Below, piece by piece: positions 1 through 8,959 of a stretch of 64,000 bases of DNA (the stretch's first letter is position 1; each line of letters starts with the position of its first letter). This DNA is from an uncultured bacterium. GTDB lineage: Bacteria > Krumholzibacteriota > Krumholzibacteriia > JACNKJ01. The stretch spans positions 16,589 through 80,588 of the forward strand of contig CAYNQX010000011.1 of NCBI GenBank assembly GCA_964399495.1. Reading direction: 5' to 3'. The translations under genes were made by a program, and so were the position numbers. Under the pieces are notes generated by a model. That model searched no databases and was not told the DNA's origin. It saw only the letters and a program-made list of their open reading frames with translations.

Positions 1-356
1 GACCGGATCCCGCGGAGCTTGCGAAGCTCGGCTGGATCACCTACCCGCGCGGAACGGTGAGCCGCGGCATCATCGAGGCCGCGTTCAAGAGGGCGGGTCT
101 GCCCTTTCCGGTGTCGATGGAGATCGATCGCCCCGAGGCGATCCTGCAGCTCGTGCGCGCGGGGCTGGGGCTGGCGGTGCTGCCGGAGCGCCTGCTCGAA
201 TCCTGCGACGGGCACGCGGAGATTCGCCGCATCGAACTGCCAGGGGTCGCGGCGACGCGGCCGATTCGCATCCTCCACCGTCCCGAAACGCAACTCACGC
301 CGGCGGCGAGGACGTTTCTCGCCGACTTGAAACCGCCGATCACCGGGAGGGCGTGA
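1..356 (+). CDS. LysR-family transcriptional regulator, C-terminal substrate-binding part; the 5' end lies upstream of the window
   Basis: The reading frame is open from position 3. The translation ...GWITYPRGTVSRGIIEAAFKRAGLPFPVSMEIDRPEAILQLVRAGLGLAVLPERL... is typical of a LysR co-inducer-binding domain. TGA stop at 354-356. Confidence 0.65.
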   Translation, partial: PDPAELAKLGWITYPRGTVSRGIIEAAFKRAGLPFPVSMEIDRPEAILQLVRAGLGLAVLPERLLESCDGHAEIRRIELPGVAATRPIRILHRPETQLTPAARTFLADLKPPITGRA

Positions 357-2184
357 GCTTCCTGTCCAGCGCCCGCTTCACCGTGACGGCGCCGGACACC
401 AGTTCAATCAGCTGTTGCCGATCGACCGGCTTGGAGGCGAAGTCCGTGAATCCCGACTTCAGGCAGCGTTGGCGGTCCTCGCTGACGGAGTTCGCGGTCA
501 AGGCGATGATCGGCAGGTCGAAGCCGCGCTGTCGCAGCTCCTCGGTGGCCGTGTAGCCGTCCATCACCGGCATCTGGATGTCCATGAGAACGACATCGAA
601 AGGCTCTCCGTTCAACTGCGCGGAGTTCGCGGCGATCACCGCCTCGTTGCCGTCCTCCACGACCGTCACCGTCGCCCCCTGCTTCCGCAGAAGGGACGCC
701 ACCAGGCGTGCATTGGTGGTGTTGTCCTCCGCGAAGAGGATACGGCAGTCGAGCCTGGGCAGTGCGTCCTTCTTCTTCACGACCGGAGCGGCGGGAGCCA
801 GGAACTCGACCTGGGGGTCTTCCAGCCACTCCTGCTCATCGGTGTCGGCGAAGGGGATCTGCAGCGTGAAGCAGGTGCCCTCGCCGGGACAGCTCTGCAC
901 CGTGAGTTCCCCCCCCATCAACTGGATCAGGCGACGGGAGATCGTGAGCCCCAGACCGGTGCCGCCGAACCGGCGGGAAGCCGTTGCGTCGGCCTGCTCG
1001 AATGGGCGGAAGAGCTTCGCCAGGGTCTCGCGCTCGATGCCGATGCCGCTGTCGCTCACGGTGAGCAGCAGGGAGGCGACCTTTCCGGTGATGCTGCGCT
1101 CCGCCGCAACGCGGAGCTTCACATGGCCGGTATCCGTGAACTTGATGGCGTTGCTCATCAGGTTGAGAAGGACCTGCTTGACCCTGAATGCGTCCCCCTC
1201 GATCTGCTTCGGCAAGGGCGTGGGGAATTCCAGTTCGAGATCCAGCCCCTTGTCCTTGGCGCGGCTCTGGAGAAGCACCTTCGCGTCGCGGATCACCCCC
1301 ATCGGTGAGAACGGCTCCCGCTGCAACTCGAGCTCCCCGACCTCGAGCTTCACCAGATCGAGAATATCCGAGATCAGCTTCATCAGGCGCTGTCCGTTGT
1401 TCAGCACGACCTGGATCGCCTCGTCCCGCTCCTCCCGTGTCTGGGTTTCGTCGAGGAGGGTCTCCGAGTAGCCCAGGATCGACGCCATGGGCGTCCGGAT
1501 TTCATGACTCATGTTGGACAGGAAGATGCTCTTGGCGTTGGACGCCAACTCCGCCTGCCGTTTCGCGGCCACGAGCTCATCCTCCCGCCGAGCGAGAAGC
1601 GACAGGTCCTCCAGGTGACGCAGCGCGCTCTTGCGAAAGGTCCAGCCCAGGGGCAAGGACAGGAAGGCCACCGCCACGAGGAGAACGCCCTGGGCGATGA
1701 GCGCGTCGAGCGGACAAGCTGCGAGCCAGGTGGCGGCCAGAGACGCGCTCACCAGAAGGCTCGCCGGCCACACCGCCAGACGACCGGAGAAGGTGGGAGC
1801 GATGACGAAAAGGGACGGCACGATCACGATGGTGGCGAAGCCCACATCACCCGCGCTGTAGATCATCGGCGGCAGGAAACCGATCGACAGGATGGCGCGC
1901 AGGACTCCGAGGCGATCCAGCCACCAGCCACGGAGATCGTCGATACCCGAGACTCTCTTCAGCAGGCCGTTGAGTCCCAGGTTCGTGAAAAGGAAGAGCG
2001 CGCCGAAGAGCGCGGTGAGCGCGGGTCGATCGGAGAAGACGGTGAGCCCCGCACCCGTCAGGATGACCGGAAACCGCATATGGCGATTCAGGTGTCTATT
2101 GAGAGCCCCACCGAAATCAATGGAGCTCGATTCGTGCTCGTTAGGTATCGACATGACGACTCCTGAAGGGGTGTGCCCATCCAA
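340..2184 (-). CDS. hybrid sensor histidine kinase/response regulator: membrane N-terminus, HisKA, HATPase_c, C-terminal receiver
   Basis: H-box SHEIRTPMASILGYSE, ATPase G-boxes (GTGLGLTISRRL), receiver with DVVLMDIQMPVMDG. Several hydrophobic N-terminal helices. Confidence 0.85.
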   Translation of the reverse strand: MDGHTPSGVVMSIPNEHESSSIDFGGALNRHLNRHMRFPVILTGAGLTVFSDRPALTALFGALFLFTNLGLNGLLKRVSGIDDLRGWWLDRLGVLRAILSIGFLPPMIYSAGDVGFATIVIVPSLFVIAPTFSGRLAVWPASLLVSASLAATWLAACPLDALIAQGVLLVAVAFLSLPLGWTFRKSALRHLEDLSLLARREDELVAAKRQAELASNAKSIFLSNMSHEIRTPMASILGYSETLLDETQTREERDEAIQVVLNNGQRLMKLISDILDLVKLEVGELELQREPFSPMGVIRDAKVLLQSRAKDKGLDLELEFPTPLPKQIEGDAFRVKQVLLNLMSNAIKFTDTGHVKLRVAAERSITGKVASLLLTVSDSGIGIERETLAKLFRPFEQADATASRRFGGTGLGLTISRRLIQLMGGELTVQSCPGEGTCFTLQIPFADTDEQEWLEDPQVEFLAPAAPVVKKKDALPRLDCRILFAEDNTTNARLVASLLRKQGATVTVVEDGNEAVIAANSAQLNGEPFDVVLMDIQMPVMDGYTATEELRQRGFDLPIIALTANSVSEDRQRCLKSGFTDFASKPVDRQQLIELVSGAVTVKRALDRKLTPSR

Positions 2185-2366
2185 CGATCATTTCGTTATC
2201 GTCATACCGCCGGAGTCACTTGAGCCCTCATCAGGAATAGAAAGCCGGTAACGACAGTGTTAATTGGATGTTACAAGTGCAAACGGTAGCATTCACAAGA
2301 CGGATCATCTCCCCGCGGCCCCTTGCCTCCTTGCCAGCAGGCCCCAAAAATGCTTCATAATGAGCC

Positions 2367-2933
2367 ATGGGCTTCCCCGACCGCATACGCAGGATCCTCC
2401 ACAACCAGCGCACGCGCTGGCGCCTCGCCGGCCACGACGAGTACACCAACACCTTCGTTTTCCGGGAGTTCGGCGTGCAGGTGGGCGAGGGCTGCCGCAT
2501 CTTCAGCAAGAGCCCCCACGAGACCTTCGGCTCGGAGCCCTATCTCGTGCGCATCGGCAATCACGTCACGATTACCGGCGACGTGAAGTTCATCACTCAC
2601 GATGGCGGCACCTGGGTGTTCCGACAGGAGGATCCCGATTTCGACGTCTTCGGGCCGATCGAGGTGAAGGACAACGTCTTCATCGGCATCGGCACCCTCG
2701 TCATGCCCGGGGTGACGATCGGCGAGAACTCGGTGATCGGGTCGCACAGCGTGGTCTCTCGCGACATCCCGCCGGGCTCCGTGGCGGCCGGTGTGCCCGC
2801 GCGCGTCATCATGACCCTCGAGGAGTACCGCGAGAAGAAACTCGAGGAGCGCACGGTGGTCCGGGGACTCTCGCCATCGGAGCGGAAGGACGTGCTCATG
2901 CGCCTCTGGAACAAGAATAAACCCCTGGATTGA
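2367..2933 (+). CDS. hexapeptide-repeat (left-handed beta-helix) acetyl/acyltransferase
   Basis: Repeated [LIV]-G-x-x-x-x hexapeptides (IGNHVTITGDVKFI, IGIGTLVMPGVTIGENSVIGSHSVV). ATG at 2367. Confidence 0.75.
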   Translation: MGFPDRIRRILHNQRTRWRLAGHDEYTNTFVFREFGVQVGEGCRIFSKSPHETFGSEPYLVRIGNHVTITGDVKFITHDGGTWVFRQEDPDFDVFGPIEVKDNVFIGIGTLVMPGVTIGENSVIGSHSVVSRDIPPGSVAAGVPARVIMTLEEYREKKLEERTVVRGLSPSERKDVLMRLWNKNKPLD

Positions 2934-3021
2934 CAACAACTTACGACGCCCCTTGACAGTCGGCGCCCCGATTACTATCATTGCATTCGAATATACGAAT
3001 GAAGCAATCGAGGAGATCGAC

Positions 3022-3306
3022 GTGGACTTCCATCTCGCCAGCGAACGACTCAAGGCCATGGGGCACCCCACCCGCCTGCGCATCCTCGAGATGCTCAGGG
3101 AAGACGGATGCTGCGTGGGCGAGATCGAGAAGCGGCTGGAGCTGCGGCAGTCCAACGTGAGCCAGCACCTGCGGGTGCTCAAGGCCTGCGGCCTCGTCAC
3201 GATGGAGCGCCGCGGGCAGACCACCTGCTACAGCATCAACGAGCCCCTGGTCACCCCGCTCCTCGATTGCCTGGAAACCGACACGCCGGACACACCCGGC
3301 GAGTAA
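3022..3306 (+). CDS. ArsR/SmtB-family metalloregulatory or redox transcriptional repressor
   Basis: HTH HPTRLRILEML...CVGEI...QSNVSQHLRVLKACGLV. GTG start at 3022 preceded by AGGAGA (3011-3016). The longer ORF from 2953 crosses an AT-rich region with low GC3 and an imperfect inverted repeat (attgcattcgaatatacgaatgaagcaat) that looks like operator/promoter rather than coding. Confidence 0.7.
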   Translation: MDFHLASERLKAMGHPTRLRILEMLREDGCCVGEIEKRLELRQSNVSQHLRVLKACGLVTMERRGQTTCYSINEPLVTPLLDCLETDTPDTPGE

Positions 3307-3322
3307 CCGAACGGAGACGACG

Positions 3323-4360
3323 ATGTCGACCGACCCGCTCATCGATGAGCAGACCGGCCAGAACCTGCGCGAATTCTTCACGACTCGGCTGAACGAGCCC
3401 GTGGAGATGACCCTCTTCACCGCCGACGAGAACGGGGATGCCGTCGAGTTCACTCGCCGCTTCGTCACCGAACTCGCCGCCCTCAGCGACAATCTCGTCC
3501 TGAACGACAAGCCCCTCGGCGACGAACAGCGCGCCCACGGCATGGTGTCCCCCAGCCTGACCCTGGGCGAGAACCTGGGCTACAAGGTGGAGATCCACGG
3601 CGCGCCCAGCGGCCACGAGGCCGGCGCACTGGTGGAGGCCCTGGGCCTCATCGGCTCCGGCGACTCCAGCCTCGGCGCCGAGAGCCGCGAGCTGCTCACT
3701 GCGGTCGACAAGGACGTGTTGCTCTACTCCTTCGTCACGCCCACTTGCCCGCACTGCCCCGGCTCCGTGCTCCAGAACCACAAGATCGCGGTGGAGGCCA
3801 AGGGCAAGGTGCGCTCGGTGGCCGTGAGCGCGGCCGAGAACATGGAACTCGCCCAGCGCTTCAATGTAAGCAGCGTCCCCCAACAGGTAATCAACGAGGA
3901 CCCGGACAGCGCCACCATGGGCACCCAGCCCGAGAAGGCCTATGTGGAGCAGGTTCTGGAGTACGGCGCCAGCGACGCCGAGAGCGTCCTGGCGGCCTCC
4001 CGCGAGCGGGAAGCCGCGAAGTCGAAGCTGTCGGACAGCCCGGAGGCCGCTCTCACGCTGACCGACGCGAACTTCGAGGAAGCCGTCGCGAAGTATCCCT
4101 TCCTCATCGTCGACCTGTGGGCGGAGTGGTGCGGACCCTGCCGCATGCTGGGACCCATCGTCGAGGAACTGGCGGTCGAGCAGAAGGGCCGCATGGTCTT
4201 CGGCAAGCTGGACACCGAGGCCAATCAGCAGGTGCCCGCGCGCTTCGAGGTGCAGTCCATTCCCACGATGCTGGTGTTCAAGAACGGTGAGATGATCGAT
4301 CGCATCGTCGGCGCCAGCCCCAAGGAGGCGCTGCTGGAGAAGCTGGAAGGCCTGCTCTAG
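3323..4360 (+). CDS. thioredoxin-fold protein disulfide oxidoreductase-like protein with two redox motifs (CPHC and WCGPC)
   Basis: N-terminal glutaredoxin/PDO-like unit with CPHC and a C-terminal classical thioredoxin (WAEWCGPCRM). SD acggaga before ATG 3323. Confidence 0.7.
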   Translation: MSTDPLIDEQTGQNLREFFTTRLNEPVEMTLFTADENGDAVEFTRRFVTELAALSDNLVLNDKPLGDEQRAHGMVSPSLTLGENLGYKVEIHGAPSGHEAGALVEALGLIGSGDSSLGAESRELLTAVDKDVLLYSFVTPTCPHCPGSVLQNHKIAVEAKGKVRSVAVSAAENMELAQRFNVSSVPQQVINEDPDSATMGTQPEKAYVEQVLEYGASDAESVLAASREREAAKSKLSDSPEAALTLTDANFEEAVAKYPFLIVDLWAEWCGPCRMLGPIVEELAVEQKGRMVFGKLDTEANQQVPARFEVQSIPTMLVFKNGEMIDRIVGASPKEALLEKLEGLL

Positions 4361-4491
4361 GCGGGAAGTCCGGTTGTCTTGAATCAACCGGCCCCGTTCA
4401 TGCATCGATAGGCACGAGAAACGCACGGACAACCCGAACACGGCGACGGATGCATCGAGCCCGCGCCCCTGCGACATCCAAGGAGACTGGA

Positions 4492-5043
4492 ATGAAGAAG
4501 ATCCTCGTCACGCTGACTCTCGTCGGCACCCTTGCCCTGAGCCTGGCCCTTCCGGCCTCGGCCCTCACCGGCAAGGGCGCCCTCGCCCCCGACTTCACGC
4601 TGACCACCCTGGACGGCAAGCAGGAGATCACGCTCTCGGAGCTTCAGGGCAAGGTGGTCTACATCGACTTCTGGGCGAGCTGGTGCGGGCCCTGTCGCAA
4701 GGCGCTGCCCGCGGTGCAGGCGCTCTGGCACGAGTACCGGGACGAAGAGTTCCAGATGCTCGGCGTGAACCTGGACCGGAAGCTCGAGGCGGGCCTGAAG
4801 TACGTCGAGGCCAAGGGCGTCGACTTCCCCAGCGTCTTCGACGAGGGCGGCCGCGTCTCCACCAGCTTCGGCGTCCGCAGCATCCCGAGCATGCTGATCA
4901 TCGGCCCCGACGGCAAGGTCGCCTATAGCGAGGTGGGCTTCAATCCCCGCGCGCTGCCGGAGATCAAGAGCACCATCAACCGGCTGCTCGGCAAGGCCAC
5001 CGACACCTCGCCGGACGCTTCGGTTCAGAGCTCCAAGCCCTGA
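4492..5043 (+). CDS. TlpA/ResA-family periplasmic thiol:disulfide oxidoreductase (signal peptide)
   Basis: MKKILVTLTLVGTLALSLALPASA signal peptide; WASWCGPC active site. AGGAGA 4481-4486 before ATG 4492. The ORF-track start at 4450 is less likely. Confidence 0.8.
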   Translation: MKKILVTLTLVGTLALSLALPASALTGKGALAPDFTLTTLDGKQEITLSELQGKVVYIDFWASWCGPCRKALPAVQALWHEYRDEEFQMLGVNLDRKLEAGLKYVEAKGVDFPSVFDEGGRVSTSFGVRSIPSMLIIGPDGKVAYSEVGFNPRALPEIKSTINRLLGKATDTSPDASVQSSKP

Positions 5044-5068
5044 CGCGCTTCCCGACCGATTCCAAGCA

Positions 5069-5097
5069 GAGCCCCCGCCGACACGGCGGGGGTTTTT
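5069..5097 (+). terminator. rho-independent terminator after the tlpA-like gene
   Basis: agCCCCCGCCGacacGGCGGGGGtttttcc: GC stem followed by a T5 run, lying between convergent genes. Confidence 0.6.
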
Positions 5098-5110
5098 CCG
5101 TCGTGGGATT

Positions 5111-5596
5111 TCAGTAGAGCCAGGGAATCAGCCGCTTCCCGACCTCGCGTCGGTAGTCGGCATACTCGGGGAAGCGCTCCATGAGCCGCTTCTCCTCGTA
5201 GCGCGACTTCAGGTCGAAGAACACGAACAGGGCCGGCGCGAACAGAAGGCCGGTCAGGCTCGTCCGCCAGAGAGCGAGCCCCAGTGAGGCCGTGACGAGC
5301 CCGCAGTAGATGGGATGCCGCACGTGGCGGAACACGCCCGTGCGCACGAGACGGCCGTCTTCCCGCGGTTCCGGAAACGCGCTGAGCGTGCCGCGCAGGG
5401 CAAGGAGCCCGCCCGTCCCGAACCAGCCGCCGACGAGGATCAGCGCGATCCCTGCCCAGCGCAGGGGCGCGGGCAGGGACAGACGCATCAGGGGCGGCGC
5501 CCACAGGATGAGGGCGAAGATGAGTGCCTGGACGGCGAGCCAGCCCCACCCGCGGCGGCTCGGCGCACTCTTCATGTCCTTTTCGTCCTCGACCAA
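5111..5596 (-). CDS. ICMT/PEMT-family membrane methyltransferase (isoprenylcysteine carboxyl methyltransferase-like)
   Basis: Multi-TM protein with the RHPIYCGLV motif characteristic of the ICMT/phospholipid methyltransferase family. Last gene of the haem-protein operon. Confidence 0.55.
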   Translation of the reverse strand: MVEDEKDMKSAPSRRGWGWLAVQALIFALILWAPPLMRLSLPAPLRWAGIALILVGGWFGTGGLLALRGTLSAFPEPREDGRLVRTGVFRHVRHPIYCGLVTASLGLALWRTSLTGLLFAPALFVFFDLKSRYEEKRLMERFPEYADYRREVGKRLIPWLY

Positions 5597-5616
5597 CGTC
5601 CCCGCTCCTTGCAGCG

Positions 5617-6012
5617 TCAGTTGTCCAGGGCGCCCTCTTCGATCCAGCGCCCGATCGTCAGGATATCACCGTCGGCCAGAGGGGTGAGGCCCAGCGGCAT
5701 CCGGCTGCCGAAGTCGGGGTTCCCGCGGAGCTTCTGGTAGAGCACCGACGCGGTGCTGTCCCCCGCCGCCACGAGCGGCGCGCCGCCGTAGCCGTTCGCG
5801 GGCACGCCGACGAGCCCCGCCCAGCTATGGGTGAACGCGTGGCAATCCACGCAGACCTGCAGGAGCGGCGTCACGTCGGCGGCGAAGGAGATCGGTTCGG
5901 GATCGCCGTCCCCGCCGGGATCGATCACCGCCACGGGATCCCCCAGATCGGAGCAGCCGGCGGCGATCAGGATCGGAAGCGCAAGAAGAGGGAGTAGGCT
6001 CCGCCGCTGCAT
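5617..6012 (-). CDS. c-type cytochrome lipoprotein, planctomycete-type (PSCyt1-like) monohaem domain
   Basis: Lipoprotein signal MQRRSLLPLLALPILIAAGC. One CVDCH haem motif followed by ...GYGGAPLVAAGDSTASVLYQKLRG...SRMPLGLTPLADGDILTIGRWIEEGA, which resembles the PSCyt1 domain. The start codon is 1 nt from the yceI-like stop (TGAcATG). Confidence 0.55.
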   Translation of the reverse strand: MQRRSLLPLLALPILIAAGCSDLGDPVAVIDPGGDGDPEPISFAADVTPLLQVCVDCHAFTHSWAGLVGVPANGYGGAPLVAAGDSTASVLYQKLRGNPDFGSRMPLGLTPLADGDILTIGRWIEEGALDN

Positions 6013-6013
6013 G

Positions 6014-6613
6014 TCAATCCTCCGACTTCGTGATGCGGGCCACGAGGTCCACCTTCACCTGCTGCACCTCGTTCAACTTGAGAACGAGGAACTTGGGGCG
6101 CGAGATCTCGTGGTCCGCGAGATTGACGGGGAACTCCGTCTTCACGTGGAGCAGCCCGTCCTCGGGACGGGTGATCTCCACCGGCACCTCGATCGTGCGC
6201 GCGACTCCGTGCAGGTCGAACTCCCCGCGCAGGGTGAAGGTGGCGCTGCCGCCCACGCCGACCGCGGTCGTCGAGGGGTCCAGCAGCTCCGTCGCGGTGA
6301 AGGTCGCCTCGGGATACTTCCGCACCTCGAGGTGCCTTTCACGCATGTGCGCGTTGCGCTTCCTGAGCCCCGTGTCCAGGCTCGCCAGGTCCACCTTCAC
6401 GGCCACCTGAACACCGGCTGTGAGATTCCGCAGATCCGCGCTCACGCTGCCGGTGACCTTTCGCGTCTTGCCTTCGAAGGTCTCCATGGGCGCCTTCGAG
6501 ACAAAGCGCACCATGCTCTCCGCGTCGGGCGCGATCAGGTACTCCGCGGCCGTGGCGAACAGGGCCGGCGACAACAGGGTCAAGGTCAGGAATGCGATCA
6601 GCGTTCTCTTCAT
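6014..6613 (-). CDS. YceI-family periplasmic polyisoprenoid/quinone-binding protein
   Basis: Signal peptide plus typical YceI-like sequence (LIAPDAESMVRFVSKAPMETFEGKTRKVTGSV...). Confidence 0.8.
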   Translation of the reverse strand: MKRTLIAFLTLTLLSPALFATAAEYLIAPDAESMVRFVSKAPMETFEGKTRKVTGSVSADLRNLTAGVQVAVKVDLASLDTGLRKRNAHMRERHLEVRKYPEATFTATELLDPSTTAVGVGGSATFTLRGEFDLHGVARTIEVPVEITRPEDGLLHVKTEFPVNLADHEISRPKFLVLKLNEVQQVKVDLVARITKSED

Positions 6614-6638
6614 CCTCGGCTCCTTGCATCGGGTCGCA

Positions 6639-7757
6639 TCAGTAGAGGAAGTGGAGCACCAGCTCGGCCTGGAGGTGGTCTTCCTCCGCGAAGGCGTCGC
6701 CGGATTCGTAGCTCTCGTGATTCAGCATGGCCAGGATGCCCATGAAGGGGCTGGCCAGCAGGTCGCAGCCCAGGCCGATCTTGCGATGGCTGCCGGTGAG
6801 CCGGGCCGTGTCGGGGTCGTAGAAGTTCCAGGTGGCGCGGAGGTCGAGGCCTCGGCGCAGTTGCCAGGCCAGCTCCTGGCTGGCGGCCAGCGCCGTGATC
6901 TCGCCGTCCTCCTCATCCCTGCGCTCCCAGTCCCACTCCCCCACCCAGACCAGCGGTCCCCAGGCGAGGGAGGCGAAGGGGCCGGCCACCTGGCGTACGC
7001 TGCCGACGGCGGCCTCCTCGTCGCGGTAACCCGAAGCGCCCAGCGTCAGGTTCAGCGCGCCCAGGGCATGTCGCAACTCGGCGCGCAGCGCGAAGGCCGG
7101 CCTGTTGTCGCCGTCCATGAGCCGTCCGCCGGCGCCGTTGAGAACCCCGAGGCTGAGCGAGGCGTTCGAGCCGGGGAACAGGCCCAGCTCGAGGCCCACG
7201 TCGCTGTGTCCGGGCGGCGCGAAGCCCAGGTAGCGTCTCACGAACTGGCGGTGGTCGGCGAAGCGCCAGCCGTAGGCGGGGGCGAAGCGTCCGGCCTTCA
7301 CGTAGCCGCCGGCCGGCAGGACGAAGGCGAGGCCGTAGACCTCCGTCGCGCCGGAGAGACCCTGCTCCACGTGGAGGGCGAGCTTCTCGTCGGCCTGGAT
7401 GTGCAGGTAGAGGTCTCCCTGCATCTGGAAGAAGTTGTTGCCGGCCTTCCGCTGCCCCTCGGGCGAGTAGCGGTAGAGGGTGCGCAGGTCGGCGCCCAGG
7501 CTCACGGTTTCGCTGAGCGCGGGATCGATGCCCTCCATTGCCTCCATGTCGAGACGCCGCAGGCTCATCTCGTCGGGAATCAGATACTGGCTGGCGTAGG
7601 CGCTGCGCATGCCGCCGCCGGCGGGGTCGACGTGGCAGAGCAGGCACTTCTGGCCGTATCGCGCGCCGTATCGCGGCAGGGCCTGGGCGGCCGCGACCGT
7701 CAGGAGAATCAGGAGAGCCGTCAGGACGGCGCGGGGAACTATTGAGGACGGCGTCAA
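6639..7757 (-). CDS. putative outer-membrane beta-barrel protein with an N-terminal CXXCH haem-binding motif
   Basis: TTG start at 7757 with GGAGA 7 nt upstream gives the signal peptide MTPSSIVPRAVLTALLILLTVAAAQA. CLLCH follows immediately after the signal peptide. The body is rich in alternating/aromatic residues and the C-terminal residue is aromatic (...LVLHFLY), as in OM barrels. The ORF-track start at 7898 would add a non-signal extension. Confidence 0.5.
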   Translation of the reverse strand: MTPSSIVPRAVLTALLILLTVAAAQALPRYGARYGQKCLLCHVDPAGGGMRSAYASQYLIPDEMSLRRLDMEAMEGIDPALSETVSLGADLRTLYRYSPEGQRKAGNNFFQMQGDLYLHIQADEKLALHVEQGLSGATEVYGLAFVLPAGGYVKAGRFAPAYGWRFADHRQFVRRYLGFAPPGHSDVGLELGLFPGSNASLSLGVLNGAGGRLMDGDNRPAFALRAELRHALGALNLTLGASGYRDEEAAVGSVRQVAGPFASLAWGPLVWVGEWDWERRDEEDGEITALAASQELAWQLRRGLDLRATWNFYDPDTARLTGSHRKIGLGCDLLASPFMGILAMLNHESYESGDAFAEEDHLQAELVLHFLY

Positions 7758-7866
7758 GTCGTGTCTCCGTTTCTGCGGGTATCGAAACTCGGGACGCTCC
7801 CGACCGCCCGCTTCGAAGCGGCCGGAAGCGCCATCGGCTGTACCCGGGGGAGCCAGCCGATCCATC

Positions 7867-8841
7867 CTAGTGGTTGAAGGGGTCTCCGTCGTGGGCAAAG
7901 ACGTAGTCGGATCCGTTGCCGCCCGAGTTGGCGGCGCCGTGGCAGCCGACGCACATGCCTCCCATCACCTCGGCGCCCGTACCGCGAGCCTCCATCGAGA
8001 AGTCGGTCGTATCCAGGGCGAACCACTCCCAGTCGCCGTTGCTCGCATCGAAGCCCGCGCCGCGCTTGACCATGCCGGTCATGCCGATGATGGCGCCGGC
8101 GCCGTCGCGGACCTCCTTGGCGATCATGGTGCCCACGGGGTAACCCCAGTCGCCTTCGGCGGGATTGGCCGCGAGCTGCTTACGGAAGATGGTGCGCACG
8201 GCGTTCTCGTCGTTGCCGGCGTGGGCGGCGCCCAGCGCGGCGTCCGGGCCCTGCTCGCTGTCGATCTCGTGCCAGCTCGCGTAGTCGTCGAAGTCGCCGT
8301 CGGCGACCGCGAACTCGTAGGGGTGGGTGAACACGAAGTCCTCGCCCGCGGCGCCCGTGGCGCTGGTGTGGCAACCCTTGCACATACCGTTCATGAGATC
8401 CGCTCCGCTGTCCACGACATCGCCGCTGACGGGATCCAGCATGAAGTACTCCCAGTCGCCGCCATCGGCGTCGTAGCCCGCGGCGCGCTTCACCATGGCC
8501 AGCAGAGCGCCCTCGGCGGCCCACTGCTTATCGCCGGACGCGTCGAAGGTGAAGGTTTCCTTCACGAGGGCCGCGTCCTCGGGGTAGTCGGCGCGCGCGC
8601 CCCGGGACAGGGCCTGGGCGTTGGCGTGGATGCGCCGCGTGTACTCGCCGTCGTTCCCCGCGTGAGCGGCGCCGAGAAAGTCGGAGGGCGCGTTGGTGTA
8701 TTCCACCTGCTCCCAGCTTTCGTAACCGTCGAACTCCGTGGCGTCGTCGGGGTCGGTGGTGCCGCCGTCGTCGGTGCAGCCGACGGCGAAGAGGGCGATG
8801 AGCCCCAGCGGCAGGAGCAAGAGCATGGCGATTCGATTCAT
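7867..8841 (-). CDS. lipoprotein with two tandem cytochrome P460 / cytochrome c'-beta-like domains, each ending in CXXCH
   Basis: Lipobox LFAVGC. Internal duplication: ...LGAAHAGNDGEY...DGGDWEYFMLD...MNGMCKGCH and ...LGAAHAGNDENA...NGDWEWFALD...MGGMCVGCH. A C-terminal haem motif after a beta-rich domain fits the P460/c'-beta fold. Confidence 0.5.
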   Translation of the reverse strand: MNRIAMLLLLPLGLIALFAVGCTDDGGTTDPDDATEFDGYESWEQVEYTNAPSDFLGAAHAGNDGEYTRRIHANAQALSRGARADYPEDAALVKETFTFDASGDKQWAAEGALLAMVKRAAGYDADGGDWEYFMLDPVSGDVVDSGADLMNGMCKGCHTSATGAAGEDFVFTHPYEFAVADGDFDDYASWHEIDSEQGPDAALGAAHAGNDENAVRTIFRKQLAANPAEGDWGYPVGTMIAKEVRDGAGAIIGMTGMVKRGAGFDASNGDWEWFALDTTDFSMEARGTGAEVMGGMCVGCHGAANSGGNGSDYVFAHDGDPFNH

Positions 8842-8959
8842 GGGTCCTCCCGAGTAGGTGTCGATCCGGAATGGGCGCGGGACTCGCGGGACATGTCCCG
8901 GAGCCGCGTGGCCCTTGGATGACGCGATGGTGCGGGAAGGATTCAGGAAACCCGCCGGC

